Source of the DNA: an uncultured Candidatus Saccharibacteria bacterium
GTDB lineage: Bacteria > Patescibacteriota > Minisyncoccia > UBA6257 > Colwellbacteraceae
NCBI GenBank assembly: GCA_964643135.1
Contig: CAZXPC010000001.1
Span: 39,726 to 103,725, forward strand
Reading direction: 5' to 3'
DNA length: 64,000 bases
Part shown: one piece after another, positions 36,036 to 44,424 of the stretch
Position numbering within the stretch: position 1 is the first letter of the stretch
Layout: the number at the start of each line of letters is the position of its first letter
Notes under the pieces: generated by a model
Seen by the model: only the letters and a program-made list of their open reading frames with translations
The model's database searches: none
What the model was told of the DNA's origin: nothing
Translations under genes and position numbers: made by a program

Positions 36036-36533
36036 ATGCAACAAGCAACGGCAAAATTAAGTAACCTGAGTATCACCCCGCGTAAAGTGAGGTTATTGGT
36101 TGATGTGATCCGCGGCAAGCATGTTAACGCCGCCTTGGCTCAGATTCAGATGGCTAATATCCGCCCGGCCGATGCTATTAAAAAGCTGCTGCTTTCAGCT
36201 ATTTCTAACGCCAAAAATCAGAAAATGGACGTGAATAAACTTTACGTTAAGACGATTATGGTCAACACCGGACCGATGCTGAAGCGCTTTTTGCCCCGCG
36301 CGCGCGGATCGGCGACCGAACTTCAAAAGAAATACAGCCACGTGATTGTAGTTTTAGCTGAATCTGATACAGTAAAAGCTCCAAATTATTTGATCTTGGC
36401 AAAACCGAAAAAGAACAAAAAACCGGTTAAGGAAACGACCAAGAAAGAGAAACCGAAAAAAGAAGCTGAAGAAAAGATCGGCGGCGAAAAGAAAGGCTTC
36501 GTCAAGCAAATATTCAATAGAAAATCAGTATAA
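36036..36533 (+). CDS. rplV: 50S ribosomal protein L22 (C-terminal Lys-rich extension)
   Basis: ATAKLSNLSITPRKVRLLVDVIRGK ... PRARGSATELQKKYSHVIVVL. Confidence 0.88.
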   Translation: MQQATAKLSNLSITPRKVRLLVDVIRGKHVNAALAQIQMANIRPADAIKKLLLSAISNAKNQKMDVNKLYVKTIMVNTGPMLKRFLPRARGSATELQKKYSHVIVVLAESDTVKAPNYLILAKPKKNKKPVKETTKKEKPKKEAEEKIGGEKKGFVKQIFNRKSV

Positions 36534-36547
36534 GCTAATTAATCACT

Positions 36548-37243
36548 ATGGCACGAAAAGTTAACCCAAATGTATTCAGGCTAGGCATTAATCGGACATG
36601 GGACTCCCGGTGGATTAACTTACGAAACATGAAAACGTGGCTCGCCGAAGATGAGGCTATTCGCGAGATCATTATGAAAAAGATCGGTTTGGCCGGCATC
36701 TCTAGAATCGAGATAGAGCGAACGGGGGACCGATATAAGATATTCATTAAGGCCGCCAAACCAGGTATTATTATCGGCCGCGGCGGCAAGGGTATCGAAG
36801 ACCTGACCAAGCTCCTCGAGAAATCGATCAAGGGACGCGTGGCTTTGAGCCTGAACGTTGAAGAATTGAAAAGGACCGAGGTGTCGTCATACGTTATTGC
36901 GCAGAACATTGCATGGGATTTGGAGAAGAGAATGAGGTACCGCCGGACGATCAAGAAGTATCTTGATATGGTTATGCAAAATCGAGACGCCAAGGGCTGC
37001 AAGATCGCTGTTTCAGGCAGGCTTGACGGCAATGAAATCGCGCGCGGCGAGCACTTGTCTAAGGGTAAATTGCCTTTGTCGACCTTACGAGCCAACATCG
37101 ATTACGGAACCGCTACGGCTATAACTGCCATGGGAACGATCGGTATTAAGGTTTGGATTTACAAGGGAGAAATCTTTGCTAAACAAATAACTGATAACAA
37201 ATCACGAATAACAAATACAAAAACAGAGAATCAGTCGTTATAA
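36548..37243 (+). CDS. rpsC: 30S ribosomal protein S3
   Basis: ARKVNPNVFRLGINRTWDSRW ... KH domain GIIIGRGGKGIEDL ... GRLDGNEIARGEHLSKGKLPLSTLRANIDYG. The 3' end runs into repeat element copy 4. Confidence 0.92.
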   Translation: MARKVNPNVFRLGINRTWDSRWINLRNMKTWLAEDEAIREIIMKKIGLAGISRIEIERTGDRYKIFIKAAKPGIIIGRGGKGIEDLTKLLEKSIKGRVALSLNVEELKRTEVSSYVIAQNIAWDLEKRMRYRRTIKKYLDMVMQNRDAKGCKIAVSGRLDGNEIARGEHLSKGKLPLSTLRANIDYGTATAITAMGTIGIKVWIYKGEIFAKQITDNKSRITNTKTENQSL

Positions 37244-37270
37244 GTTATCTGTTATAAGTAATAAGTTAAA
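37183..37270 (+). repeat. AATAAC/GTTAT imperfect-palindrome element copy 4 (overlaps rpsC 3' end, ends 5 nt before rplP ATG)
   Basis: aaacaaataactgataacaaatcacgaataacaaatacaaaaacagagaatcagtcgttataagttatctgttataagtaataagttaaa. Confidence 0.65.
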
Positions 37271-37275
37271 AAAAC

Positions 37276-37695
37276 ATGTTAGTCCCAAAGAAAGTAAAAC
37301 ACAGGAAGTGGCACAAAGGCCGATCGAAGTCGAGGCTTGTTGAAACACGCGGCACGAGCTTGGCTTACGGCAGCTACGGTTTGCAGGCCACTCAGCCTTT
37401 TTGGCTTAATTCCAGGCAGATCGAGGCGGGACGCCGAACGATCACCAACTTCGTTAAGCGCGGCGGCAAGATCTGGATTCGCGTTTTCCCGGATAAGCCG
37501 GTAACAAAAAAGCCGCCTGAAGTTACTTTGGGAGGAGGTAAGGGTGCGGTTGACCGATACGTTTTCCCGGTCCGACCAGGTAGAATAATTTTCGAAATGG
37601 ATGGAATTCCAGAAGAAACCGCCCGCGAGGCTTTGCGATTGGCCGGCCACAAGCTGCCTTTTACCACCAGGTTTGTTAAAAAGGGACAGTTGTAA
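37276..37695 (+). CDS. rplP: 50S ribosomal protein L16
   Basis: LVPKKVKHRKWHKGRSKS ... GSYGLQATQPFWLNSRQIEAGRRTIT ... KIWIRVFPDKPVTKKP. Confidence 0.93.
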   Translation: MLVPKKVKHRKWHKGRSKSRLVETRGTSLAYGSYGLQATQPFWLNSRQIEAGRRTITNFVKRGGKIWIRVFPDKPVTKKPPEVTLGGGKGAVDRYVFPVRPGRIIFEMDGIPEETAREALRLAGHKLPFTTRFVKKGQL

Positions 37696-37708
37696 AAAAC
37701 AATTGACT

Positions 37709-37909
37709 ATGAAAAAGAACGAAATTAAAAAACTTAAGGAACGAAACACGGCTGATCTGAGCAAAGATCTTCATGAATCGCGCGAGCACTTGAGGGTACT
37801 GAAATTCGAACTGGCCCAGGGCAAGATCAAGAACGTGCGTTCAATCAACGAAACCAAGAAAAAGATCGCGAGGATCTTAACATTCATCAAGTTGCAACAT
37901 GGCAAATAA
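37709..37909 (+). CDS. rpmC: 50S ribosomal protein L29
   Basis: Start at internal ATG 37709: MKKNEIKKLKERNTADLSKDLHESREHLRVLKFELAQGKIKNVRSINETKKKIARILT. The ORF-track start at 37601 overlaps rplP and is likely spurious. Confidence 0.85.
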   Translation: MKKNEIKKLKERNTADLSKDLHESREHLRVLKFELAQGKIKNVRSINETKKKIARILTFIKLQHGK

Positions 37910-38174
37910 AGAAATACAACACAGACAGCTAGAAGGAATCGTCACGTCTGACAAGATGATGAAGACGGTTGTGGTCGCAGTTTCCAGAACGACCGTGCAC
38001 CCGAAGTATCACAAAAGATACACTGTGACGACCAAATTCAAAGCTCACAGCGAGGATAACGAATACAAGGTGGGCGACCGCGTCGTAATCGAGGAGACCA
38101 GGCCGATGTCGAGAGACAAGAGATGGAAAGTCGTAAAGCTCATCGCCAAGGCCGCTCTGGCTCAGGCTGAGTAA
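37899..38174 (+). CDS. rpsQ: 30S ribosomal protein S17
   Basis: LEGIVTSDKMMKTVVVAVSRTTVHPKYHKRYTVTTKFKAHSEDNEYKVGDRVVIEETRPMSRDKRWKVVKLI. Confidence 0.9.
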   Translation: MANKEIQHRQLEGIVTSDKMMKTVVVAVSRTTVHPKYHKRYTVTTKFKAHSEDNEYKVGDRVVIEETRPMSRDKRWKVVKLIAKAALAQAE

Positions 38175-38198
38175 AAGAAATCAGAATAAATACTAACC

Positions 38199-38567
38199 AT
38201 GATACAAGAAAGGTCCATACTAAAAGTAGCAGACAACTCCGGCGCTAAAACCGTTCGCTGTTTCAGGGTGCTGGGCGGCAGCCGCAAGAGGTATGCTCAC
38301 TTGGGCGAGATCCTGATCGCTTCCGTTCAGGTGGCTGAGCCGAGAAAAGCGGTTAAAAAGAAGGACGTAGTAAAGTGCGTCGTGGTCCGAACCAGGAACC
38401 CGATTCGCCGGCCCGACGGCAGCTACTTGAGGTTTGATGAGAATGCTGTAGTATTGATCGACGAGAAAAAGGAACCGAAGGCGACTCGCGTGTTCGGCCC
38501 GATCCCGAGGGAGATCAAGCAGTTCGGCTATGACAAAATAATTTCGCTCGCCGAAGAAATTGTGTAG
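38199..38567 (+). CDS. rplN: 50S ribosomal protein L14
   Basis: MIQERSILKVADNSGAKTVRCFRVLGGSRKRYAHLGEILIASV ... 122 aa. Confidence 0.95.
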   Translation: MIQERSILKVADNSGAKTVRCFRVLGGSRKRYAHLGEILIASVQVAEPRKAVKKKDVVKCVVVRTRNPIRRPDGSYLRFDENAVVLIDEKKEPKATRVFGPIPREIKQFGYDKIISLAEEIV

Positions 38568-38570
38568 GCG

Positions 38571-38662
38571 AAACAAATAACTAATAACCAATGACTAATA
38601 ACAGAAACACAATAAATCAGCCCAACCCCTTATTCGTTATGGGTTATAAGTTATAAGTTAAT
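38571..38662 (+). repeat. AATAAC/GTTAT imperfect-palindrome element copy 5 (subtype B) between rplN and rplX
   Basis: gaaacaaataactaataaccaatgactaataacagaaacacaataaatcagcccaaccccttattcgttatgggttataagttataagttaatt. Confidence 0.65.
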
Positions 38663-38666
38663 TCAC

Positions 38667-38972
38667 ATGAACATCCTAAAAGGCGACAAAGTAATGATCA
38701 TGAAAGGCAAGGATCGCGGCAAGTCCGGGAAGGTTCTTAGCGTTACGCCCGGCAATAATACCCTCGTCATCGAGAACCTGAACCTATACAAGAAATCGGT
38801 GAGGCCGAAAAAGCAGGGCGAGAAAGGCAGTATTATTGATTCGCCCCGGCCAGTCAGATTGGATAATGTCATGCTCGTTTGCTCTTCCTGCGGCAAGCCT
38901 GCTAGGACTGGCAGAAAGGTCAACAAGGATAAAAAAGAAAGATATTGTAAAAAATGCAACGCTATCGTTTAG
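38667..38972 (+). CDS. rplX: 50S ribosomal protein L24 (with C-terminal CxxC...CxxC zinc-ribbon-like tail)
   Basis: KGDKVMIMKGKDRGKSGKVLSV ... KOW motif. C-terminal CSSCGKPARTG...YCKKCN. Confidence 0.88.
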   Translation: MNILKGDKVMIMKGKDRGKSGKVLSVTPGNNTLVIENLNLYKKSVRPKKQGEKGSIIDSPRPVRLDNVMLVCSSCGKPARTGRKVNKDKKERYCKKCNAIV

Positions 38973-39442
38973 AAAAAGTTGTGGTCGCGACCGGAGTAGG
39001 TAAATTGAGGAACAGCCCTAAATTTACTGAAAATATTTTACCCGATGTGATCAGGGATTTTGAAGCCATCGTCGGACAGCACCCGGCCACCCGCGGCGCC
39101 AAGAAGTCTATTTCGACTTTCAAGACCAGAACCGGAGACATCGTCGGCATTGTGGCTACGCTCCGCGGCAAAAAGATGAGGCACTTCTTAGAGAGGCTTA
39201 TTAATGTGGCTTTGCCCCGCGTTCGGGACTTCCGAGGCATCAACAATAAGAGTTTTGATGACCGAGGGCATATTTCGATCGGCATTAAAGAACACGTGAT
39301 CTTTCCCGAGATCAACCAGGAAAAGACCAACACAACTTTCGGCTTCCAGGTTACGATTGTCGGCAACACCAAGAATAAGGAAGAGGGCGCCGCATTCGCT
39401 AAAGAATTGGGCATTCCGATGATGAAAACCGCTCAGAAATAA
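38954..39442 (+). CDS. rplE: 50S ribosomal protein L5
   Basis: RYRLEKVVVATGVGKLRNSPKFTENILPDVIRDFEAIVGQHPATRGAKKSISTFKTRTGDIVG ... RDFRGI ... 162 aa. Confidence 0.92.
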   Translation: MQRYRLEKVVVATGVGKLRNSPKFTENILPDVIRDFEAIVGQHPATRGAKKSISTFKTRTGDIVGIVATLRGKKMRHFLERLINVALPRVRDFRGINNKSFDDRGHISIGIKEHVIFPEINQEKTNTTFGFQVTIVGNTKNKEEGAAFAKELGIPMMKTAQK

Positions 39443-39486
39443 TGGAATAAATTGCAATTTTAACCGATTTACCTTAAATTATCACA

Positions 39487-39672
39487 ATGGCAAAAACATC
39501 AGTCATAGCAAGATCGCAAAAGAAGCCCAAATTCTCAACGAGGATTGTTAGGCGATGTTTTCGCTGCGGCCGCAAAAGAGCTTATATGAGGGACTTCGGA
39601 ATTTGCAGAATTTGCTTTAGAGAGATGGCGACCTTGGGCCGAATCCCGGGAGTTAGAAAATCAAGCTGGTAG
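39487..39672 (+). CDS. rpsZ: 30S ribosomal protein S14 type Z (zinc-binding, 61 aa)
   Basis: [23 protein letters not shown] Cys4 motif. Length is 61 aa. Confidence 0.9.
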   Translation: MAKTSVIARSQKKPKFSTRIVRRCFRCGRKRAYMRDFGICRICFREMATLGRIPGVRKSSW

Positions 39673-39682
39673 GAACACGCAT

Positions 39683-40066
39683 ATGTATCATAATACAATC
39701 ATAAAAATTAAAAACGGATTGGCGAGAAAGTTCGAAAGAGTAAAGGTTCCTTACTCGAACTTAGATATGGCTATTTTGGAGAGCCTCGCTAAGCACGGCT
39801 ATCTTGAATCCGTTTCCAAAAAGGGCCGCGGTGTTAAAAGGATTATCGAGGCCAAGCTTAAGTATGATAAAACCGGCCAGCCGTCTATTTCCGGAGTTAA
39901 ATTCATCAGCCGGTCTTCGCGCAGGCTTTATGTCGGCTACAAAGATATGAAAAAATCGCACGACGGATATGGATATTTTATCTTCTCAACTCCGAAGGGC
40001 ATTTTGACCAACATTGAAGCTCGGAAGAATAAAGTCGGCGGGGAAATATTATTCGAAATCTGGTAG
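39683..40066 (+). CDS. rpsH: 30S ribosomal protein S8
   Basis: 127 aa. ... GYGYFIFSTPKGILTNIEARKNKVGGEILFEIW C-terminus typical of S8. Confidence 0.9.
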   Translation: MYHNTIIKIKNGLARKFERVKVPYSNLDMAILESLAKHGYLESVSKKGRGVKRIIEAKLKYDKTGQPSISGVKFISRSSRRLYVGYKDMKKSHDGYGYFIFSTPKGILTNIEARKNKVGGEILFEIW

Positions 40067-40093
40067 TTCGACAGTTTCACTCTATATAAACAC

Positions 40094-40651
40094 ATGTCAA
40101 AAATTGCTAAAAAACCAATAATTATCCCCGATGGCGTGACCGCTGTTTTGAAAGACCACATGGTGGAAATCAAGGGCAAGAACGCGACTTTGAACGTTCC
40201 TGTGCTGGAAGGCGTTAAGGTTGAGATTAAGGATAAGGCCATCACTCTTACCTCGGACAGGGCGACTAAGCAGGCCAGTTCAAACTGGGGCACAACCAGC
40301 GCGCACTTAAAGAACGCCATCGCAGGATCAAATGCGGATTTTGTTAAAGAGCTCTCGGTTGTCGGAATCGGTTTCAAGGCAGCGCTTGAGGCCAAGGACC
40401 TAGTTTTGAGCCTTGGGTTCAGCCACCCGGTGAGATTTGCTATTCCGGAAGGCGTTAAGATTACCGTTGAAAAGAACATTGTGAAGGTTGCCGGTCCGAA
40501 CCGATGGCTGGTCGGAGAGACGGCCGCCAGGATTCGTGATTTTAAGAGACCAGAGCCGTATCAGGGCAAGGGCATCCGCTACAAAGATGAGATCGTTAGG
40601 AAGAAAGCGGGTAAGAAAGCAGCGGCCGCAGCCGGTCCTGCCGCAAAATAA
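40094..40651 (+). CDS. rplF: 50S ribosomal protein L6
   Basis: SKIAKKPIIIPDGVTAVL ... two-domain L6 pattern ... PEPYQGKGIRYKDE. Ala-rich C-terminal tail. Confidence 0.9.
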   Translation: MSKIAKKPIIIPDGVTAVLKDHMVEIKGKNATLNVPVLEGVKVEIKDKAITLTSDRATKQASSNWGTTSAHLKNAIAGSNADFVKELSVVGIGFKAALEAKDLVLSLGFSHPVRFAIPEGVKITVEKNIVKVAGPNRWLVGETAARIRDFKRPEPYQGKGIRYKDEIVRKKAGKKAAAAAGPAAK

Positions 40652-40654
40652 CAT

Positions 40655-40746
40655 ATAACTCATAACCAATGACTAATAACAGAAAAACAAAAAATCAGTT
40701 TGAATCCCTATCCGTTATGGGTTATAAGTTATCAGTCATAAGTTAA
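40655..40746 (+). repeat. AATAAC/GTTAT imperfect-palindrome element copy 6 (subtype B) between rplF and rplR
   Basis: catataactcataaccaatgactaataacagaaaaacaaaaaatcagtttgaatccctatccgttatgggttataagttatcagtcataagttaatat. Confidence 0.65.
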
Positions 40747-40750
40747 TATC

Positions 40751-41092
40751 ATGCACGCAAAAACATTAAGGAAAATTAGGAAGGCGACCAGAAACAGAGC
40801 CAAAATTCACGGCACTGCGGCTTTGCCGAGGCTTTCGGTTTTCCGCAGCAACCGCTATTTGCGCGCTCAGCTAATTGACGACAACGGAGGCGTCACCATT
40901 ATCTCGGGCAGTACCGACAGCAAAGTTAAAGCCAACAAGACTAAGCAGGCTGAAAATTTAGGAGCGGTGATTGCTAAGGCCGCCAAGGAGAAGGGCATAG
41001 CTCAAGTTGTCTTTGACCGAGGATCATATAAATATCATGGTCGAGTAAAAGCTCTGGCGGAATCCCTCCGAGCCAACGGTATCAAAATCTAA
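40751..41092 (+). CDS. rplR: 50S ribosomal protein L18
   Basis: [29 protein letters not shown] ... [19 protein letters not shown]. Confidence 0.9.
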   Translation: MHAKTLRKIRKATRNRAKIHGTAALPRLSVFRSNRYLRAQLIDDNGGVTIISGSTDSKVKANKTKQAENLGAVIAKAAKEKGIAQVVFDRGSYKYHGRVKALAESLRANGIKI

Positions 41093-41188
41093 CTCATAAC
41101 TCATAACCAATGACTAATAACAAAAGCAAAAAACTGAATACATTAAGAATAACCGTTATGGGTTATAAGTTATCAGTTATAAGTTAAA
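41091..41188 (+). repeat. AATAAC/GTTAT imperfect-palindrome element copy 7 (subtype B) between rplR and rpsE
   Basis: taactcataactcataaccaatgactaataacaaaagcaaaaaactgaatacattaagaataaccgttatgggttataagttatcagttataagttaaatc. Confidence 0.65.
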
Positions 41189-41194
41189 TCTACT

Positions 41195-41710
41195 ATGGAA
41201 CCAAGAACAGCACATAGGTCTCGCATGCCGAATATCCAAAAGATCGACGAATTCAAGGATCGGGTCATTGACTTGCGCCGCGTTACCCGTGTGACCAAGG
41301 GCGGCAAGCGAATGCGTTTCAGAGCGACTGTCGTGATCGGCAACGGCAAGGGCAAAGTAGCCGTCGGAATCGCAAAGGGCGCTGACGTTATGGAAGCTAT
41401 CAGCAAAGCCAAATTCCAGGCCAAGAAAGACATTATTGAAGTTAAGATGGTGAAGAAGACTATTCCTCACGAGGTTGAGGCTAAGTTTAGCTCAGCTGTG
41501 ATTATGATTAAGCCGGCTTCGTCCGGACACGGTCTTATGGCCGGCGGAGCGCCCCGTGTGGTTTTGAGCATGGCTGGGATTCAGGACGTCACCGCGAAGT
41601 GTATCAGCCGGACTTCCAACAAACTGACTAATGCGATTGCCACTATCGAGGCCCTCAAGAAATTAAAGGACCCGAAACGGGCCAGGAAAGAGGAAGAGGC
41701 TAAAAAATAA
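41195..41710 (+). CDS. rpsE: 30S ribosomal protein S5
   Basis: IDLRRVTRVTKGGKRMRFRATVVIGNGKGKVAVGIAKGADVMEAISKA ... 171 aa. Confidence 0.93.
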   Translation: MEPRTAHRSRMPNIQKIDEFKDRVIDLRRVTRVTKGGKRMRFRATVVIGNGKGKVAVGIAKGADVMEAISKAKFQAKKDIIEVKMVKKTIPHEVEAKFSSAVIMIKPASSGHGLMAGGAPRVVLSMAGIQDVTAKCISRTSNKLTNAIATIEALKKLKDPKRARKEEEAKK

Positions 41711-41759
41711 CTCTGGAAATAACTTTTAACTTTGAGCTTTTTACTTTAAACTTACTACT

Positions 41760-42008
41760 ATGCAACTTCACGAATTACAACCGCTTTATCCGAACAAATC
41801 CAGGCGCCGACTCGGCCGAGGTTATACTCGCGGTCACAAATCAGGCAAGGGCCAGAAGGGTCAGCGATCCCGCGCCGGCCGCAGCATCCGCCCGGCTGAG
41901 AGAGACTTGATTCAGCGCATGCCGAAATTAAGAGGCTGGAAGAATAAGACAAGCGTTTATAAGAAGGATACGAAACGAGTTAAGGCAAGGCCGGCAATCA
42001 AGAAGTAA
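41760..42008 (+). CDS. rplO: 50S ribosomal protein L15, truncated form (N-terminal extension only, 82 aa). No L30 gene precedes it.
   Basis: RRLGRGYTRGHKSGKGQKGQRSRAGRS ... QRMPKLRGW aligns to the Gly/Arg-rich N-terminal half of uL15. The ORF stops 24 nt before secY, leaving no room for the globular C-terminal domain. Confidence 0.7.
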   Translation: MQLHELQPLYPNKSRRRLGRGYTRGHKSGKGQKGQRSRAGRSIRPAERDLIQRMPKLRGWKNKTSVYKKDTKRVKARPAIKK

Positions 42009-42031
42009 GCCCCAACCCGCACTACGAACAG

Positions 42032-43309
42032 ATGATTAATAAATTTCTACAAGTTTTCAAAATTAAGGAGCTGAGGAATAGATTGCTCACAATCCTGGGA
42101 ATCCTTGTAGTTTTTAGGCTGCTCGCGGCCATTCCCATTCCGGGTTTGAGCGTCGAGAAAATTCAGCAAGCTTTTTCCGGAGGCCTATTGGGTTTCTTAG
42201 ATATATTTTCCGGCGGAGCCTTGTCTTCGCGGTCAATTGTAATGTTGGGACTTGGCCCGTACATTACTTCGACTATCATTATGCAGCTCTTGACTATGAT
42301 TTTTCCGAAGCTCAAGGCGATGTACTATGAGGAAGGGACTGCCGGCCGGGTGAAATTCAACCGGTTTTCCAGATATATCACCGTGCCTTTGGCCGGCCTC
42401 CAGGCTTTTGGTTTTTTGAAATTACTGGCGAGCCAAGGAGTGGTTACAATTACCGATCCCTTTAGCGTTTTTATTAACGTTGTGACAATTACGGCCGGAT
42501 CAATGATTCTGGTCTGGCTGGGCGAATTGATTACCGAGCAGAAGTTCGGCAACGGCGTTTCGATCCTTATTTTTGCCGGAATTGTGAGCCGCTTGCCGAC
42601 TTATATCGTGCAAGCCTATAATGCCTATACTCCCGATCTCTTGGCGGCTTATATCGGCTACACTGCCGTGGCTTTGATAGTGATTGGCCTCATCGTTATG
42701 GTTAACGAAGCCGAAAGAAGGGTGCCGGTTTCTTACGCCAAGCGCATCCGCGGCAACCGAGTTTACGGCGGCGCATCGAGCTACTTGCCTCTCAAAATTA
42801 ACCAGGCCGGCGTTATTCCGATTATCTTTGCCATTTCGATTCTAACTTTCCCTCAATTCCTCGGCACGATTGTGAGCGCTTTCTCCAAGGATATTGGAGG
42901 CAAGATCACCACTTTTGTTAACTTTATATTTAATTACGGACATCAGATTTTCTACGGCCTCTTCTACTTCTTCTTAGTTTTTGTCTTTACCTATTTCTAT
43001 ATCTCAGTTACATCCGACCCGGGAGAAATATCGAAGAGTCTTCAGAGGAACGGGGGCTTTATTCCCGGCATCAGGCCCGGCGAACCGACGACCAACTTCC
43101 TGAAGAAACTTGTTTTTAGAATCACCGTGTTCGGCGCCGCATTCTTAGGCCTGGTTGCCGTGTTGCCGATTATTTTGCAGAGCGTAACCAATACGCCGAC
43201 TCTCACAATCGGTGGCACCGCCATCCTGATCGTTGTTTCCGTCGCGCTCGAAACCGCCAAGCAAATCGATTCTCAGCTGACGGTCCGAGAGTACGAATCG
43301 ATCCAATAA
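42032..43309 (+). CDS. secY: Preprotein translocase subunit SecY
   Basis: 425 aa. 10 TM helices. GLGPYITSTIIMQLL and GGFIPGIRPG motifs. Confidence 0.95.
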   Translation: MINKFLQVFKIKELRNRLLTILGILVVFRLLAAIPIPGLSVEKIQQAFSGGLLGFLDIFSGGALSSRSIVMLGLGPYITSTIIMQLLTMIFPKLKAMYYEEGTAGRVKFNRFSRYITVPLAGLQAFGFLKLLASQGVVTITDPFSVFINVVTITAGSMILVWLGELITEQKFGNGVSILIFAGIVSRLPTYIVQAYNAYTPDLLAAYIGYTAVALIVIGLIVMVNEAERRVPVSYAKRIRGNRVYGGASSYLPLKINQAGVIPIIFAISILTFPQFLGTIVSAFSKDIGGKITTFVNFIFNYGHQIFYGLFYFFLVFVFTYFYISVTSDPGEISKSLQRNGGFIPGIRPGEPTTNFLKKLVFRITVFGAAFLGLVAVLPIILQSVTNTPTLTIGGTAILIVVSVALETAKQIDSQLTVREYESIQ

Positions 43310-43311
43310 TA

Positions 43312-43995
43312 ATGAAGAAAGCCATCATACTTTACGGCCCTCCGGGAGGCGGCAAAGGTACTCAGTCTCAACTTTTAGTTAGAAAATTTGATCTAATTAG
43401 CTTCGATACGGGGAGTCATATCGAATTTATCGTTCACGATCCAGCAAACAAGAAGTCTAAAGAGATCCAACGTGAACGCACCCTGTTTGATAACGGAACT
43501 CTCAATACTCCTTCGTGGGTGCTGAAGATGGTGAAGGACAACGTGGCAAGAATTGCTGATTCTGGTTTTGGCGTGATTTTGTCTGGCTCGCCGAGGACTA
43601 TGTACGAGGCCTTTGGAGACGAAAAGATCGAGGGCCTGGTATCGTTTCTAGTTGAAAAATATGGCCGGGAAAATGTAATTTTCTTTGAGCTGGTTTTACC
43701 CGAGACAAGCTCAGTTTCGAGAAACAGCTCAAGACTGATTTGTTCTCTTTGCGGCAATTCGGTTTTGGGAACATTTTATAAAAATGCCAAGATTTGTCCT
43801 TTTTGCGGCAGCAGGCTGGTTAAGCGCACGCTGGACAAACCCGAAGTTATTAAACGCAGGCTGGAGCAATACCGCGAGCGAACTCAGCCTATTTTTGCCG
43901 AGCTTAGGAGACAGGGTTTCAAGATCATCAAGATCGACGCGACGCCGATGCCCGCTAAAGTATTCGAGAGGATTAGCTCTTATATTCGGAAGTAG
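43312..43995 (+). CDS. adk: Adenylate kinase (long form with Cys4 zinc LID)
   Basis: P-loop LYGPPGGGKGTQ. LID CSLCG ... CPFCGS. Confidence 0.85.
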   Translation: MKKAIILYGPPGGGKGTQSQLLVRKFDLISFDTGSHIEFIVHDPANKKSKEIQRERTLFDNGTLNTPSWVLKMVKDNVARIADSGFGVILSGSPRTMYEAFGDEKIEGLVSFLVEKYGRENVIFFELVLPETSSVSRNSSRLICSLCGNSVLGTFYKNAKICPFCGSRLVKRTLDKPEVIKRRLEQYRERTQPIFAELRRQGFKIIKIDATPMPAKVFERISSYIRK

Positions 43996-44424
43996 TCATC
44001 TCCTCACCGCCAAGCCCTTCTGCAATGTGGGGCCCTAGCTATATAATCTCTCTTACCACTCGCCACCTTAGTCGTCGACTAAACACAAGATTTTCCGGAG
44101 ATTGTCCCCGCGAAGCGGGGAGCACTCCGGCATACGACCGGCAAAATCTTGGTTGTCTCCTCCTGGTTACCGGCTCGGGATGCTTTCGATGATACAGCTG
44201 CGGGCTACTGCTCTAATCTATAGCGACCCAGGCCTTTTCCCGCAAGGAACATCGCGGAAGCCAGTGGAGCTAGGTGCGCCGTTTTATATTACGGCGTCCA
44301 CTGGCTGAGCGCTGAGGGAAAATCTCTCGCTGGAAGAGATTTATCCCGTTTCCTGAGGGAGAGGGACTGGGGGAGCGGGTTTATGGGTTTCTGAACAACA
44401 ATTGATAGTATATAATAAAAATCT

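Noticed and set aside
36535-37098. 187-aa minus-strand ORF antisense to rpsC, and similar antisense ORFs in rplF (39937-40479), fusA (26856-27245, 27780-28142), glmS (5054-5725), murG (62739-63302) and secY (42325-42552)
   Set aside because: All lie fully inside well-supported conserved genes on the other strand and have no independent signals.
44000-44424. Assigning the adk-map intergenic structured region to RNase P RNA, tmRNA or SRP RNA
   Set aside because: By recall of conserved blocks, the P4 strands (AGGAAAGUCCGG / ACAGAA.CCGGCUUA), the tmRNA T-arm (GGUUCGAAUCC) and tag-ORF ending, and the SRP domain-IV GGAA tetraloop context are not present. It is kept only as an unassigned ncRNA candidate.
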